This document shows, piece after piece, positions 29,968 to 40,109 of a DNA stretch of 64,000 nucleotides. The first letter of the stretch is position 1; each line of letters opens with the position of its first letter. The DNA is from Candidatus Pacearchaeota archaeon (GTDB lineage: Archaea; Nanobdellota; Nanobdellia; Pacearchaeales; GW2011-AR1). The notes under the pieces are model-generated. The model was given only the letters and a program-made list of their open reading frames with translations, was not told the origin of the DNA and made no database searches. The position numbers were made by a program, and so were the translations under genes. The stretch spans positions 18,063 through 82,062 of the forward strand of contig JAGVWZ010000016.1 of the NCBI GenBank assembly GCA_018304045.1, written 5' to 3'.

Positions 29968-30315
29968 GAAAAAACAAAGAAATAGGTGCTTTAAAAATCT
30001 TTGGATTGAGTTTAGTAGTTGAACATTTGTCTAACAAGCTGAAATAAGTATAGCCATAATTTATCTGAGAAAGTCTTTTATGAAAAGATTTCCATACAGT
30101 TTAGATGAAAGAAGTTATAGATATTCTACAGAATCAATAAAACTACTGCTTTACTATAAAAACTAAACAAGTTCTTAGAAAAACGAATCTATGAGTTTTA
30201 AAATACTTTTGTAGATACTGATTATTATTTATTAAATATCTGCGAATAAACAATAACAATAGCAGATATAATCTCATACACAAATCCTTAAAAACCACTG
30301 AGAATTAAAATAAAA

Positions 30316-30858
30316 ATGCAAGAAGATGATTTTCATTCAGCAACAATCTATGTTTGGGAAAATGGTGCTTCTATAGATATTTCTAATATGCTTTCTGTTT
30401 TAGGTGGCAGATTAGCTCCAACAATGAGAGAATTAGAAATTAAGATGTTAATACAACCTTGTGTTCCTCTCCACATCACAAGAGATTTCAAAATTTATCA
30501 AGTAACAGGACAAATGAATGAAAAGAATCAACGATTAAAAACAACATTAAGTAATTCACTTGCATATATTGCAGATCACAGAAGTCCTGGTTTTTCAACT
30601 GTCCTTCTTGAAGAAAGATTAGCAAAGTTAGGTTTAGTATTGCCAGATCATGAGCTTAGATTTCTTCCAAGAACAGAACAAGGAGCAATGCCAAACTATG
30701 AAAAAGTTTCTCAAGTTGCAGCCTATCTTGAATTAAGGGGTCAACCAAGTTTAGAAGTTCTAGCAGTTCCAGGCACAAATATAGAAGATGAGCAACTTTA
30801 TGCTTCAAGAGAAATTGCTAGAAAATTAGGCATGCCTCTGGAAATAACATCTGCATAA
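30316..30858 (+). CDS. hypothetical protein
   Basis: 180-aa ORF with TATA-like upstream sequence. Confidence 0.6.
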   Translation: MQEDDFHSATIYVWENGASIDISNMLSVLGGRLAPTMRELEIKMLIQPCVPLHITRDFKIYQVTGQMNEKNQRLKTTLSNSLAYIADHRSPGFSTVLLEERLAKLGLVLPDHELRFLPRTEQGAMPNYEKVSQVAAYLELRGQPSLEVLAVPGTNIEDEQLYASREIARKLGMPLEITSA

Positions 30859-30863
30859 TAATT

Positions 30864-32306
30864 CTAAACTCTAAAATCAGTAGGCTTAAAACAATCAACA
30901 CAAACCTTCTTTTTTAATTTAAAATCAATTTTACTACATCTGCTGCACATTTCCTTGCCACAAATACCACATCTAAAAAAGTTAGCTTTGTTTGAAAACT
31001 TATTGCATATGGAACAATATTTTGCGCAATGATTGCAAATATGTCTTCCAGTTAAATTATCTAAACACATATCAGAAGAACAAGCATATTTATTGCATAT
31101 AGAACATCTTGCTCCACATTTAATACAAACACCTCTTCCACAAATATTGCAACTAAGCTTTTCACATTTTTCACAGGTTTCAGTTCCACATACACATCTA
31201 TTGCCACAACCTTCACAGTAAATATGATTTGAATGACAAATATTTACCTTAGCAAGTTTTTCCCCACAATTTTCACAATTTAAAGAACTTAATTCTTTTT
31301 TAACAGGATTAAAAACAAGATTGATATGTTTTACATGCTTATTCTTATTGAGAAGAGAAACATCAATATTATAAATAGGATAATAAATAATAGAAGTATT
31401 GATTAATTTATTATTTACATTTAAACTATGTTTGCTTTTTTCATCATTTATATAAACATCCCTTTCTTTTTCAACCCTATTCATATCATCAGAATTCTTT
31501 ATCTTTTCAATATTTGATTTTAATCTTTTTATTTTTTCTTCAGCTCCAACAACATCTTTTTCAATTCCCTTCCTAATTCTTTCTTTCAATGAAAGAATAT
31601 TTTCTTCATTTCTTTTTATCTCAGAATTAAACTCATCCATTTGATGAAGATAATGTGATTTTATTCTATTCATAGCACTTTCAAGTGAAAAATTAAGTTT
31701 GTCAACTATTTCCTTTGTTTTTTCATTAATATTTTCCTTTAACTTTTTCTTAGAAATAATATATTCTTCATTTATATCTTTAATATTAATCTCTTCTTTT
31801 TTACCTTCAACAGAATCAAAATCTTCAACATCAAATTTATCTAATATTTTTTTATCCTTGATATAAATAGAACTTGTTATCTGCTCCCTTTCATTTAAAT
31901 ACTGAAAGTTTGTAAGAAAAATAAATCTTATTATATAATCATAATTTATCTTATCATCAATACCTTTCAGAACATAGCCATTTAAATCAATTTCTTTTAA
32001 AACCAAATCTTTCAGATTAGGATTAAAATTAAGTCTCAATAATGTTGTCTGTCCTCTTTCTTCAAGGTAATTAGCTATTATTTTTAATAAAACACTTCCC
32101 CTTGCAACCAATTCAGAATTTTCATGTTTGTCATAGTCTTCTCTGTTAAAAACTAAAAAATAAGGTCCTTTTTTTCCAAAATCTTTTTCAAAATCCTCAG
32201 GAACATTATTAATAACTAAAACTTTGCCATCCCAATTAATTTTACATTTTAGATTTTTAAAAAAACCCTCTGCAAGTTTCATTATATTTTCTTCTTCTTT
32301 AGCCAT
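30864..32306 (-). CDS. YqhG-like coiled-coil protein with C-terminal multi-CxxC region
   Basis: Coupled to SNF2 gene; long coiled coil; many CxxC motifs; likely start MAKEEE. Confidence 0.6.
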   Translation of the reverse strand: MAKEEENIMKLAEGFFKNLKCKINWDGKVLVINNVPEDFEKDFGKKGPYFLVFNREDYDKHENSELVARGSVLLKIIANYLEERGQTTLLRLNFNPNLKDLVLKEIDLNGYVLKGIDDKINYDYIIRFIFLTNFQYLNEREQITSSIYIKDKKILDKFDVEDFDSVEGKKEEINIKDINEEYIISKKKLKENINEKTKEIVDKLNFSLESAMNRIKSHYLHQMDEFNSEIKRNEENILSLKERIRKGIEKDVVGAEEKIKRLKSNIEKIKNSDDMNRVEKERDVYINDEKSKHSLNVNNKLINTSIIYYPIYNIDVSLLNKNKHVKHINLVFNPVKKELSSLNCENCGEKLAKVNICHSNHIYCEGCGNRCVCGTETCEKCEKLSCNICGRGVCIKCGARCSICNKYACSSDMCLDNLTGRHICNHCAKYCSICNKFSNKANFFRCGICGKEMCSRCSKIDFKLKKKVCVDCFKPTDFRV

Positions 32307-32307
32307 T

Positions 32308-34086
32308 TTATGAATCAAGTATCTCCTCATTATATTTTTTTGAATTACTATAGGCTTCCATGCCTTCTTCAATCATTTGAGCTATTTCCTCAACACCTTT
32401 TGAAAATATTTCTAGATTATTTTTTGAGTCTATAAATTTATTCATAAGCATTTCTTCAATCTTATTATAACCATTTTCGCTTTTACCATCTAAACCAAGA
32501 TTAAATAAAATTATTGGAAGTTCACCAATAACAAGTCCAATACAGCACATTTTATTTATTATTAAATCAACAACATGTTCTTCCATTGTTCCCTTAGTTG
32601 CAAGGCTAAAAATATTCATGTCGTGATTCTGCCCAATTCTATCAATTCTTCCGATTCTTTGTTCAACAGACATTGGATTCCATGGTAAATCATAGTTAAT
32701 AATATTATGGCAGAATTGAAAATTTAATCCTTCACATCCTGTTTCAGTTGAAATCAATATATTTGCACTTTCTTTAAACTCTTTTATTATAGCTGTCTTA
32801 CCTTCCCTATCAATTCCACCCATGAATTCTAATACCTTAAGATTATAGGGTTTTAGTTTCTCAGAAATATATCTTAAAGTAGTAGGATGTTTAGTATAAA
32901 TAAGAATCTTCTGATTTCTGTCTTCCTTTAACAACTCATCAACAATTTCAATTAATTTTTCAATTTTTGAATCTTTTTTCAAATTTTTATATTTTTCAAC
33001 TATTCCAAGTGCAAATTGCTTTGTATCATTATGATACTTTTCATTATTAGAAATATTAGTCAAAGTCTCAATTGCAGATATTGAAGAACTAGTTATCTTA
33101 GGAAGTATAGCATAAATAGCCAGTTTTCCATTAATCTTATCACCATTAACTCCAAAATATCTCGTTTTCAACAACTCACAAATATCCTCATATATCTCTG
33201 TTTCTTCCTTAGATAGTTCAACACTGACAATCCTAGGAATCCTTTTCATATAGCTCACAGTTGTTTCAGATCTCTTTCTTCTGACCATAACTTCATCTAA
33301 TTTTCTTTTCAAGTCCCTAGGATTTATAGGAATTCTTTTATTACCCCGATCTAAAAACTGTCCCTTAAACTGGTTTACAGTGCCAAGATGCCCTCTTTTT
33401 AATAAATGTAGAAGATTATACAGCTCAATTAAATCATTTTGAAAAGGAGTTGCAGTAAGAATCAAAAATCTTTTTTTCTGTATTTTATCAACAAACTTCC
33501 ATCTTGTTGTTCGCCTATCTTTTAATTTATGAGCCTCATCAACAATTAATAAATCCCAGGAAATATTATGGCATTGTTCATGTTTAAATTTTTTATTCTC
33601 TCTGTCATAGGACTTGACTCTATCAATAGAAGCTATAGCAAGATTATACTTTTCCCAATCATTTTCATTTTCTATTATTCCAAAATCAATTTCAAACTTT
33701 TCTTTTAGTTCAGCAACCCACTGATCAACTAAAGATGGAGGAGTAAGTATTAATACTCTTTTTACAAATCCTCTTTCAATACATTCCTTTAATATTAAAC
33801 CCGTTGTTATTGTTTTTCCAAGTCCAACCTCATCCGCAAGCAATGCATTACCATTGAATTCTCTCAATATTCTTAAAGCACCTTCTGGCTGATGAGGCAG
33901 TTCATAGACAAGATTTTTCTTTATAGAAGGATAAGTAATTAATTCATTTATTTCATTTTCCCTAGATATTTCATTAGCTTCAATTTTAAGATTTAAAAGT
34001 TCCTCTGAATCAAAATTAATCTTCTTTATATTCCCAAATAGGTCTTCATAATCTGAAAAACTTTCATTTATTATAATATCTTCCAT
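32308..34086 (-). CDS. SNF2 family helicase (YqhH/RapA-like)
   Basis: LADEVGLGKT, DEAH, LTATP, EGLN, YDLPWNP, QRIGRIDRIGQ. Confidence 0.93.
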   Translation of the reverse strand: MEDIIINESFSDYEDLFGNIKKINFDSEELLNLKIEANEISRENEINELITYPSIKKNLVYELPHQPEGALRILREFNGNALLADEVGLGKTITTGLILKECIERGFVKRVLILTPPSLVDQWVAELKEKFEIDFGIIENENDWEKYNLAIASIDRVKSYDRENKKFKHEQCHNISWDLLIVDEAHKLKDRRTTRWKFVDKIQKKRFLILTATPFQNDLIELYNLLHLLKRGHLGTVNQFKGQFLDRGNKRIPINPRDLKRKLDEVMVRRKRSETTVSYMKRIPRIVSVELSKEETEIYEDICELLKTRYFGVNGDKINGKLAIYAILPKITSSSISAIETLTNISNNEKYHNDTKQFALGIVEKYKNLKKDSKIEKLIEIVDELLKEDRNQKILIYTKHPTTLRYISEKLKPYNLKVLEFMGGIDREGKTAIIKEFKESANILISTETGCEGLNFQFCHNIINYDLPWNPMSVEQRIGRIDRIGQNHDMNIFSLATKGTMEEHVVDLIINKMCCIGLVIGELPIILFNLGLDGKSENGYNKIEEMLMNKFIDSKNNLEIFSKGVEEIAQMIEEGMEAYSNSKKYNEEILDS

Positions 34087-34213
34087 AAATCACCTTTAAA
34101 TAGTATTTCATAATGAGAATTAGACTATTTAATTTTAATTATTATATGAGCTGTCAAATTAACGTCAGGTGATTTAAAGCAAAGTTTTTAAATTAGTCAA
34201 AGTTAGATTTAAA

Positions 34214-34687
34214 ATGCTAAAAAAAGGTTTAGGGCTTATAGGTCTTGTAGTTACAATTTTAATATTCTTTAGTGGAGGATTGTTTAGTTTTTACTTTTTT
34301 GATATTAAGACAAGTATTCCATTACTTAATGCACTTATTATAACAATAAAACCGTTTATACTCCCAATTGCTATTTTTTGTGTTATACCTTTAATTGTGT
34401 TTATAATCTGCGTATTGAGAGCAAAACCCAATACTAATATAGATGAGATATTCTTTTGGAAAATATTGAATTTAATTACTCATCTTATATTATTAATTTT
34501 AATATTATTTATTATTGGTTGGTTTTGGGCATTGATGATGATAGGATTAATGATAATTTCAAATAATATTAATATTTCATTAATAATCCCCTGCATCATA
34601 GTAATTGTTTCTATATTTGTAATAGATGCATTAGTACAAAAACATTTTAAGATTAGATATTATAATATACTTCATTGGCTTAAATAG
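34214..34687 (+). CDS. membrane protein (transposon cargo)
   Basis: Four hydrophobic segments. Confidence 0.6.
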   Translation: MLKKGLGLIGLVVTILIFFSGGLFSFYFFDIKTSIPLLNALIITIKPFILPIAIFCVIPLIVFIICVLRAKPNTNIDEIFFWKILNLITHLILLILILFIIGWFWALMMIGLMIISNNINISLIIPCIIVIVSIFVIDALVQKHFKIRYYNILHWLK

Positions 34688-35552
34688 AAGCCATTTTAAT
34701 TAATCCCAACCATCTATTTTCTCCTAAATCTAAATCTTGACCTGCAAGAGAACAAGGAACTTGTTTAGTTGTGGTATGTTCTTCTATAAAATTATGTTGT
34801 ATGGTTAGACCTGCCATGATTATTGGAGCAGACCAAAGGGCTTTCAATCCTCTAAAATCATCAACTCTATCTTTAATCTTCATAAAAACAGTTTCTATTT
34901 TATAATTATGAATATGAGTTTTATGATAATTTTGTATTTTATGCTCTACTTCATAACCACCACCAAAACCTAATTTATTATTGTAAAACATTTTTTTAAA
35001 TGCCTTAGGATAGAAAACTCCTGCATCTGTTTGAATAAACTTGGGTTTTCCTTTGCTTATTGCTTTCTCTAAGAATATTTTTGCTTGATTAGGATTTGTA
35101 GCTGTGCTATAATGTATTCCAGTAATCATTCTAGTATTCCAGTCAACACAACACCAATATTTATCTAAATGCCCACTTCTATTGATTACTGTTTCATCAG
35201 CATAAAATGAATTACCTAGATTATAACCTAATTTTTCAACAAAGTTATAAACCTTTAGAGCATACTTGTAAACCCAGTTTAAAATAGTTTGATGGCTTAC
35301 TTTAAAATTGAAATGTCTTTTTAATTGGTTTCTCATTTTTCTGCTTGAAAGGTTTGATAAGTACATATCAATGGACATAGCAATAGTTCTATTATCAGTT
35401 CTCATCCTATAAAAGCCATTGTCAGCAGTAAAGTATTTCTTACAATCAGAACAATAGTATTTCTGAATCTTACCTCTATTTTCAGTTTTTCTGTATCCTT
35501 GCTTTGAAAAGTTGATACTTCCACAATGCTTACATTTTATTTCTTGTTTCAT
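34680..35552 (-). CDS. DDE transposase, IS6-like with N-terminal zinc ribbon
   Basis: CKHCGS...YYCSDC, HTH (VSHQTILNWV), ADET, IQTDA, YKIETVF..IK. Confidence 0.88.
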   Translation of the reverse strand: MKQEIKCKHCGSINFSKQGYRKTENRGKIQKYYCSDCKKYFTADNGFYRMRTDNRTIAMSIDMYLSNLSSRKMRNQLKRHFNFKVSHQTILNWVYKYALKVYNFVEKLGYNLGNSFYADETVINRSGHLDKYWCCVDWNTRMITGIHYSTATNPNQAKIFLEKAISKGKPKFIQTDAGVFYPKAFKKMFYNNKLGFGGGYEVEHKIQNYHKTHIHNYKIETVFMKIKDRVDDFRGLKALWSAPIIMAGLTIQHNFIEEHTTTKQVPCSLAGQDLDLGENRWLGLIKMASI

Positions 35553-35558
35553 AATATA

Positions 35559-35597
35559 TTCATGTACCTGAACTATATAAATGTTTCGGTACATGAA
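35559..35597. promoter_or_regulatory. GGTACATGAA inverted pair around the transposase promoter
   Basis: TTCATGTACC (35559) and GGTACATGAA (35588); same 10-mer twice at 36561 and 36586. Confidence 0.65.
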
Positions 35598-35680
35598 AAA
35601 GATATTTAAATACAAAAAAGCTTATAAACTGATAAAAAGAAGAGAAGAAAAGGTAATTGTGATATAACCAAGATTTAAAA

Positions 35681-35944
35681 ATGACTTTTAATAATAACAC
35701 TATGGATGAAAATTTATCTCATGATTTAGAAAGATTTCAAGAAGATATTTTATATTTTGAAAATAAAAAAGAGGAATTAAGAGCAGAATTCTTAAATAAA
35801 TTTGTTGCAATAAAAAATAAGAGGATTATAGATTCTGGTAACTCCATAGAAGAGCTAAGGAACCGATTAGAAAACAATAATCAAGACCCTGCAAGAATAA
35901 TAATAGAATTTGTACCAGAAGAAGAAACTATAATGATTTTATAA
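35681..35944 (+). CDS. DUF5678-like protein
   Basis: ELRAEFLNKFVAIKNKRIIDSG...EFVPEE; upstream of aspartyl protease gene. Confidence 0.75.
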   Translation: MTFNNNTMDENLSHDLERFQEDILYFENKKEELRAEFLNKFVAIKNKRIIDSGNSIEELRNRLENNNQDPARIIIEFVPEEETIMIL

Positions 35945-36382
35945 ATGACAAAAATTCCTTTGTTTATGGGTAAGAGTCTTGGTTTTGATAGATATATGGT
36001 TTCAATGTCTGTTAAATATTGTAATTTACCCTGTTTTTTTACTAAAGCTATTGTGGATACTGGATGCCCTTATACAATTATAAGCGAGAGTACATTAAAA
36101 AAGACAAGGATACCTTATAATGATAAACCATTTAAATGCCAAGTTCAATTAGGAAATATTCCTTTAGAATTAAAAGAACTAGGTATTTGTGAACTTCAAT
36201 TTAGAGATGAAAATGGGAATATTATAAAATTTAAACAAGAAATTTATGTTGGAATTCCTATAATGAAGGGGTATCTCGCCCAAGAACTTCCAAGTTTTAT
36301 CGGGAAAGATTTAATGGATACAAATTTTATATCGGTAATAAATAAAAAAGATGGTTCTAGTCATTTATATTTAGATGATTAA
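35945..36382 (+). CDS. retropepsin-like aspartyl protease
   Basis: AIVDTGCPYTII and IGKDLM motifs. Confidence 0.8.
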   Translation: MTKIPLFMGKSLGFDRYMVSMSVKYCNLPCFFTKAIVDTGCPYTIISESTLKKTRIPYNDKPFKCQVQLGNIPLELKELGICELQFRDENGNIIKFKQEIYVGIPIMKGYLAQELPSFIGKDLMDTNFISVINKKDGSSHLYLDD

Positions 36383-36391
36383 ATTAATAAT

Positions 36392-36550
36392 TTATTCTTT
36401 TTCAATTAAAATTTTTCCATCATTCAATGATGCTTTAAGTTCTTTTCCTAATAACTTAGATTCTTTTACGACATCCTTAGGTAAAATTAAAATATATCTA
36501 TTATAAGTAACATCACCTATTTTCTTGTCTAATACTTCACGAATTTTCAT
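36392..36550 (-). CDS. small AbrB-like DNA-binding protein
   Basis: MKIREVLDKKIGDVTYNRYILILPKDVVKESKLLGKELKASLNDGKILIEKE; not in ORF track. Confidence 0.55.
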   Translation of the reverse strand: MKIREVLDKKIGDVTYNRYILILPKDVVKESKLLGKELKASLNDGKILIEKE

Positions 36551-36599
36551 AGAATAAACAGGTACATGAAGTATTTAAAACTTTAGGTACATGAAAGAA

Positions 36600-37394
36600 T
36601 TATTTTAATATCTCTTTTAAATCAAGATTAATAGATTCAAAATATTTAACTGGGCTATTTTTTTTCAAATTCTTTGTTGTTTTACCTTCTTTAAATAAAT
36701 CAATAAAATTTGATAAACCTTTTTTATATTTTTCTTTTATTTTAGGAAGAAGTTTTTCCTTAGCCTGATTTAAACAATTCTTGCTACAAAAATTTCTAGT
36801 TATTTTATTCTCTTTAAAATTAATGAATCTATTGTTATGTTCTTTTCCACAAACAATACAAATATCTTTCTCATCAGTTATTCTTTGTCTAAAAGAATAA
36901 CCATATTTATTAATATAACAATCCGCGCATTTAGATGAACAAAAGTCAGCCATATTACTAAACCCTGCATTTGAATGAATTATAAAGCCATCATGTCCTT
37001 TTCCGCACACTATACATTTATACCTAAACTTCATCCCAAATAATCTTTTAAAAAAAAGTTTTGGTTTATGAAACCAAATCCTACCTTGTATAATTTCTCC
37101 TTTTTCAGTATTAGGTTTATTCGGTTTAGAAATAAGTTTTTCTTCTTTAGGTTTAACAACAAAACATTTAATTTTTTGTTTTTCCATTTGCGGCTTAATT
37201 TCTGAAAGATATTCTTGTAATCCTTTAATTTTACTATAATCCGTTTCATCAGTCTTCATTCTTAAAAATAAAGTTCTTTCTATTTTATTATTAATCGTCT
37301 GATTTCCAAATCCTTCTATTTCAAAATAAGCATTTGGAGAGGGTTCGGTAATATTTATTACTTTGTCATGAGTCTTTCTATTTTCCTTTTTCAT
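36600..37394 (-). CDS. hypothetical protein with two TRASH/MYM-like zinc fingers
   Basis: CIVCGK...FCSSKC and CIVCGK...FCSKNC. Confidence 0.65.
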   Translation of the reverse strand: MKKENRKTHDKVINITEPSPNAYFEIEGFGNQTINNKIERTLFLRMKTDETDYSKIKGLQEYLSEIKPQMEKQKIKCFVVKPKEEKLISKPNKPNTEKGEIIQGRIWFHKPKLFFKRLFGMKFRYKCIVCGKGHDGFIIHSNAGFSNMADFCSSKCADCYINKYGYSFRQRITDEKDICIVCGKEHNNRFINFKENKITRNFCSKNCLNQAKEKLLPKIKEKYKKGLSNFIDLFKEGKTTKNLKKNSPVKYFESINLDLKEILK

Positions 37395-37499
37395 TTAATT
37401 ATAACGATTTTACAACTTATAAATATTGCTTTCTTAGAAATGGGAAATTAATAACTGACGTTTACTTTACAACTCATTATTATAGCAAATAACAAAAAT

Positions 37500-38372
37500 C
37501 TAATTAATAACAGTGCTATTGAGTTTTTTAATTGCAATACTATTTATTGTTTCTATAATATAATTGCTTTCAAGAGCAAAACCAATATTTTCTGCATTTG
37601 CCTTAAAATTATTTATACCTATGACTTTTCCATTTGTATTTATTAAAGGTCCACCTGAATTTCCAGGATTAAGAGAAGCATCTGTTTGTATATATCCATT
37701 AATCCCATTATTACCTACTCTATCAATAGCACTTACAATTCCCTCTGAAACAGAAAAACTAAGTCCAAGAGGATTGCCAATTGCAATAACTTTTTCTCCA
37801 ACCCTAATATTGTCAGAATCTTCAAATTCAAAATAATCATAACTTCCATCAATTTTTAATAATGCCAGATCCATTGTATCATTATATCCAATCAATTTCA
37901 TTTTCTTTGTTTCTTGATCACTAGTAATGGCATTGGCATAGCTTCCATCATACAAAACATGGGCATTTGTAATAACATATCCGTCATTGCTTATTATAAA
38001 TCCAGTGCCCTGAGAAACATCTGTTTTTATTGTAACAACTGATTTCTTTGAAGTTTCAATTATATTAGAAAAATCCGAACTAGATTTAGCTTTTATAATT
38101 CCAACCTCTTTAATAAGATTTGTCCTTGTATCAAGAATATCTTTTTCAACACTAGTTATTTGATTTTGAACAGTCAGTTCACTATCATCTATTCGTTGGT
38201 TTATAGAAATATTAAGATTACCAAGTGATTCTAGGTTTAATCTATCTTGATTCTCTAGACCATATATCTTGATTATGGAATATACAATCAAAACACTTTG
38301 AAATATTAAAATCACAACTACAACAATTGAAAATACTTTCAAAGAATTATCATCAAGTTTTTTCATAATCAA
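37500..38372 (-). CDS. trypsin-like (HtrA/DegP-type) serine protease without PDZ
   Basis: ITNAHV, DLALLKI, NPGNSGGPL; N-terminal TM. Confidence 0.92.
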   Translation of the reverse strand: MIMKKLDDNSLKVFSIVVVVILIFQSVLIVYSIIKIYGLENQDRLNLESLGNLNISINQRIDDSELTVQNQITSVEKDILDTRTNLIKEVGIIKAKSSSDFSNIIETSKKSVVTIKTDVSQGTGFIISNDGYVITNAHVLYDGSYANAITSDQETKKMKLIGYNDTMDLALLKIDGSYDYFEFEDSDNIRVGEKVIAIGNPLGLSFSVSEGIVSAIDRVGNNGINGYIQTDASLNPGNSGGPLINTNGKVIGINNFKANAENIGFALESNYIIETINSIAIKKLNSTVIN

Positions 38373-38444
38373 TTATAGATTCTAAAATATATAAGCATTG
38401 TGAATTGCAATTCTTAATCAATCAACTAATCTTCTGCCTTTTCA

Positions 38445-38603
38445 TTAATCTTCGTCACAATCTTCAAATTTTACAGAATGAAGATTTTCGTATTCTTCTT
38501 TTCTTTTTTTACTGCATTTATCACAATATTTTCTTGTGTATCTTCCAGAAACTTTAGCTAAAAAATCCTTTCCGCAATCCTTACATTTTATTTGTTTTTC
38601 CAT
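38445..38603 (-). CDS. 52-aa zinc-ribbon peptide
   Basis: MEKQIKCKDCGKDF...RKYCDKCSKKR; not in ORF track. Confidence 0.6.
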   Translation of the reverse strand: MEKQIKCKDCGKDFLAKVSGRYTRKYCDKCSKKRKEEYENLHSVKFEDCDED

Positions 38604-38756
38604 GACTAAATCAGGATTTTTAAGAATTTAAACTTTGCTGCCCAGTTTTAATATGGATTAATAAATCTTGCCATACTACTCTATGGTTAAAATGACCTAA
38701 CCTAAACATAAAATCTTTTAAACCCCTTTTTATTGTTATGTTATATTCAAAATATT

Positions 38757-38882
38757 GCGCCGCTAGTTTAGTGGTAGAACATATCGTTGCCAATAAAGAA
38801 ATTAGATTAATTTCTAATTTTTCCTTTCATAAGGAAAGAAAGCAAAAACGATAGGATCCGAGTCCGATTCTCGGGTGGCGCA
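38757..38882 (+). tRNA. tRNA-Gly(GCC) with 55-nt intron at 37/38 (38793-38847)
   Basis: GCGCCGC/GTGGCGC-A acceptor, stem TATCG/CGATA, loop TT-GCC-A; intron GCAA can pair with TTGC (BHB central helix); T loop TCCGATT is atypical. Confidence 0.85.
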
Positions 38883-38952
38883 TTCATATTTGCAAGGCAA
38901 ATATGTCATCCGGGATGTCGTAAAGAATTCAAACAGTGATAAGGTCTGATTC

Positions 38953-39008
38953 CGAGCAAAAGGACTTTTAGTAAATTTGATAGAATAAGAAAGCACTTTT
39001 GCGAGTAG
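38953..39008. repeat. ~56-bp dispersed element, copy 2
   Basis: CGAGCAAAAGGACTTTTAG...GCACTTTTGCGAGTAG, directly before a tRNA-Gly 3' copy. Confidence 0.8.
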
Positions 39009-39081
39009 GGTGGCACATTTTATTATTTTCTAGTAGTAACAAAATAGGAAGATTTAAAAATGTTAAAGAATAGTTAATTTT

Positions 39082-39537
39082 ATGGGATATGATTATAAAA
39101 GTTTAGAAGATTTTAAAATGGGTTTTCCATTTCTTCGTAGCTGTAGCAAACTTGGAGATTTTAAACTTTTTATTATAGGTGAAGAAAAAAGTGAAAGATT
39201 AAGGGCTTGTGAATTTACCCAAGGAGTTCTTGAGAGAATGTTGGATGAAGCTAAAAGCTCTGGAGATATTAGAGACTATGAAGTAAAAATCATTGATCTT
39301 GCAACTTCTACTAAAGCTACTCGAATTGATCCATTATATCCAGAAGAATGGGGAAGAATAGGAAATAAAGATGGTTTAGTTTTTCTTCCAATATTTCATA
39401 ATACAGATGGTGAACCATGCTTACCTCAAGTTGCATTTGATGAGCATTTACCGGCGATTTTTTCAGTTTCACAAAAAGGATATAATGCAGTAGTAAATCG
39501 TTCTAAAAGAGATTGTTATGATACTGTAAGAGTTTAG
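39082..39537 (+). CDS. hypothetical protein
   Basis: 151-aa ORF. Confidence 0.6.
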   Translation: MGYDYKSLEDFKMGFPFLRSCSKLGDFKLFIIGEEKSERLRACEFTQGVLERMLDEAKSSGDIRDYEVKIIDLATSTKATRIDPLYPEEWGRIGNKDGLVFLPIFHNTDGEPCLPQVAFDEHLPAIFSVSQKGYNAVVNRSKRDCYDTVRV

Positions 39538-39578
39538 TAAACCAAAAATTTTATAAATAATCATTTACTATAAACTAC

Positions 39579-39773
39579 ATGGAAACACAAACAATAGACA
39601 ATTTGTCAAAAGAAGTAATGCTGTTAAAAAAAGAATTTGCTAAAATGAAAGAATTCATGGAAGAAGATCTTGAATTTGCAAAAAGAACAGAAGAAGCATG
39701 GCAGGAAATTGATGAAGGAAAATGCACTTGTATAAATTCTGAAGACTTTTTAAAAGAAATTAAAAAATGGTAG
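39579..39773 (+). CDS. putative antitoxin
   Basis: EEDLEFAKRTEEAW...KKW, homologous to the C-terminus of 14251-14520; overlaps toxin start. Confidence 0.8.
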   Translation: METQTIDNLSKEVMLLKKEFAKMKEFMEEDLEFAKRTEEAWQEIDEGKCTCINSEDFLKEIKKW

Positions 39774-40015
39774 AAATAATCTATGCAGATAGATTCAAAA
39801 GAACATTATCAAAAATTAAGGATAATAATCTTAAAGAGAGGGTAGCAAAACAAATTGCAAAGATTATTGAAAATCCTGAAATAGGCAAACCAATGAGTTA
39901 TAATAGAAAAGGGACAAGAGAACTTTATGTTTCACCATTTAGGCTATCTTATGCTTTTATCTCACATCAAAATACAATTTATTTTTTAGATTTGTATCAT
40001 AAGGATGAACAATAA
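39767..40015 (+). CDS. RelE/ParE family toxin
   Basis: Close paralog of 13961-14209. Confidence 0.85.
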   Translation: MVEIIYADRFKRTLSKIKDNNLKERVAKQIAKIIENPEIGKPMSYNRKGTRELYVSPFRLSYAFISHQNTIYFLDLYHKDEQ

Positions 40016-40109
40016 AAGTTCAATTTCCCATATTGAAAATCGCATTTTGGGTGGGTACCCGGGTGGCGCATGCTTTTTTTTATAGAAGAGAAATTAGGGA
40101 ATCGAACTT

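Larger units (their letters stand above)
34147..37476. mobile_element. IS6-like transposon with passenger genes (3.33 kb)
   Basis: 22-bp imperfect TIRs TGAGCTGTCAAATTAACGTCAG / CTGACGTTTACTTTACAACTCA; 8-bp TSD TTATTATA (34139, 37477); internal DDE transposase. Confidence 0.88.

Noticed and set aside
38814..38996. 60-aa ORF
   Set aside because: Antisense to tRNA-Gly and the 56-bp repeat.
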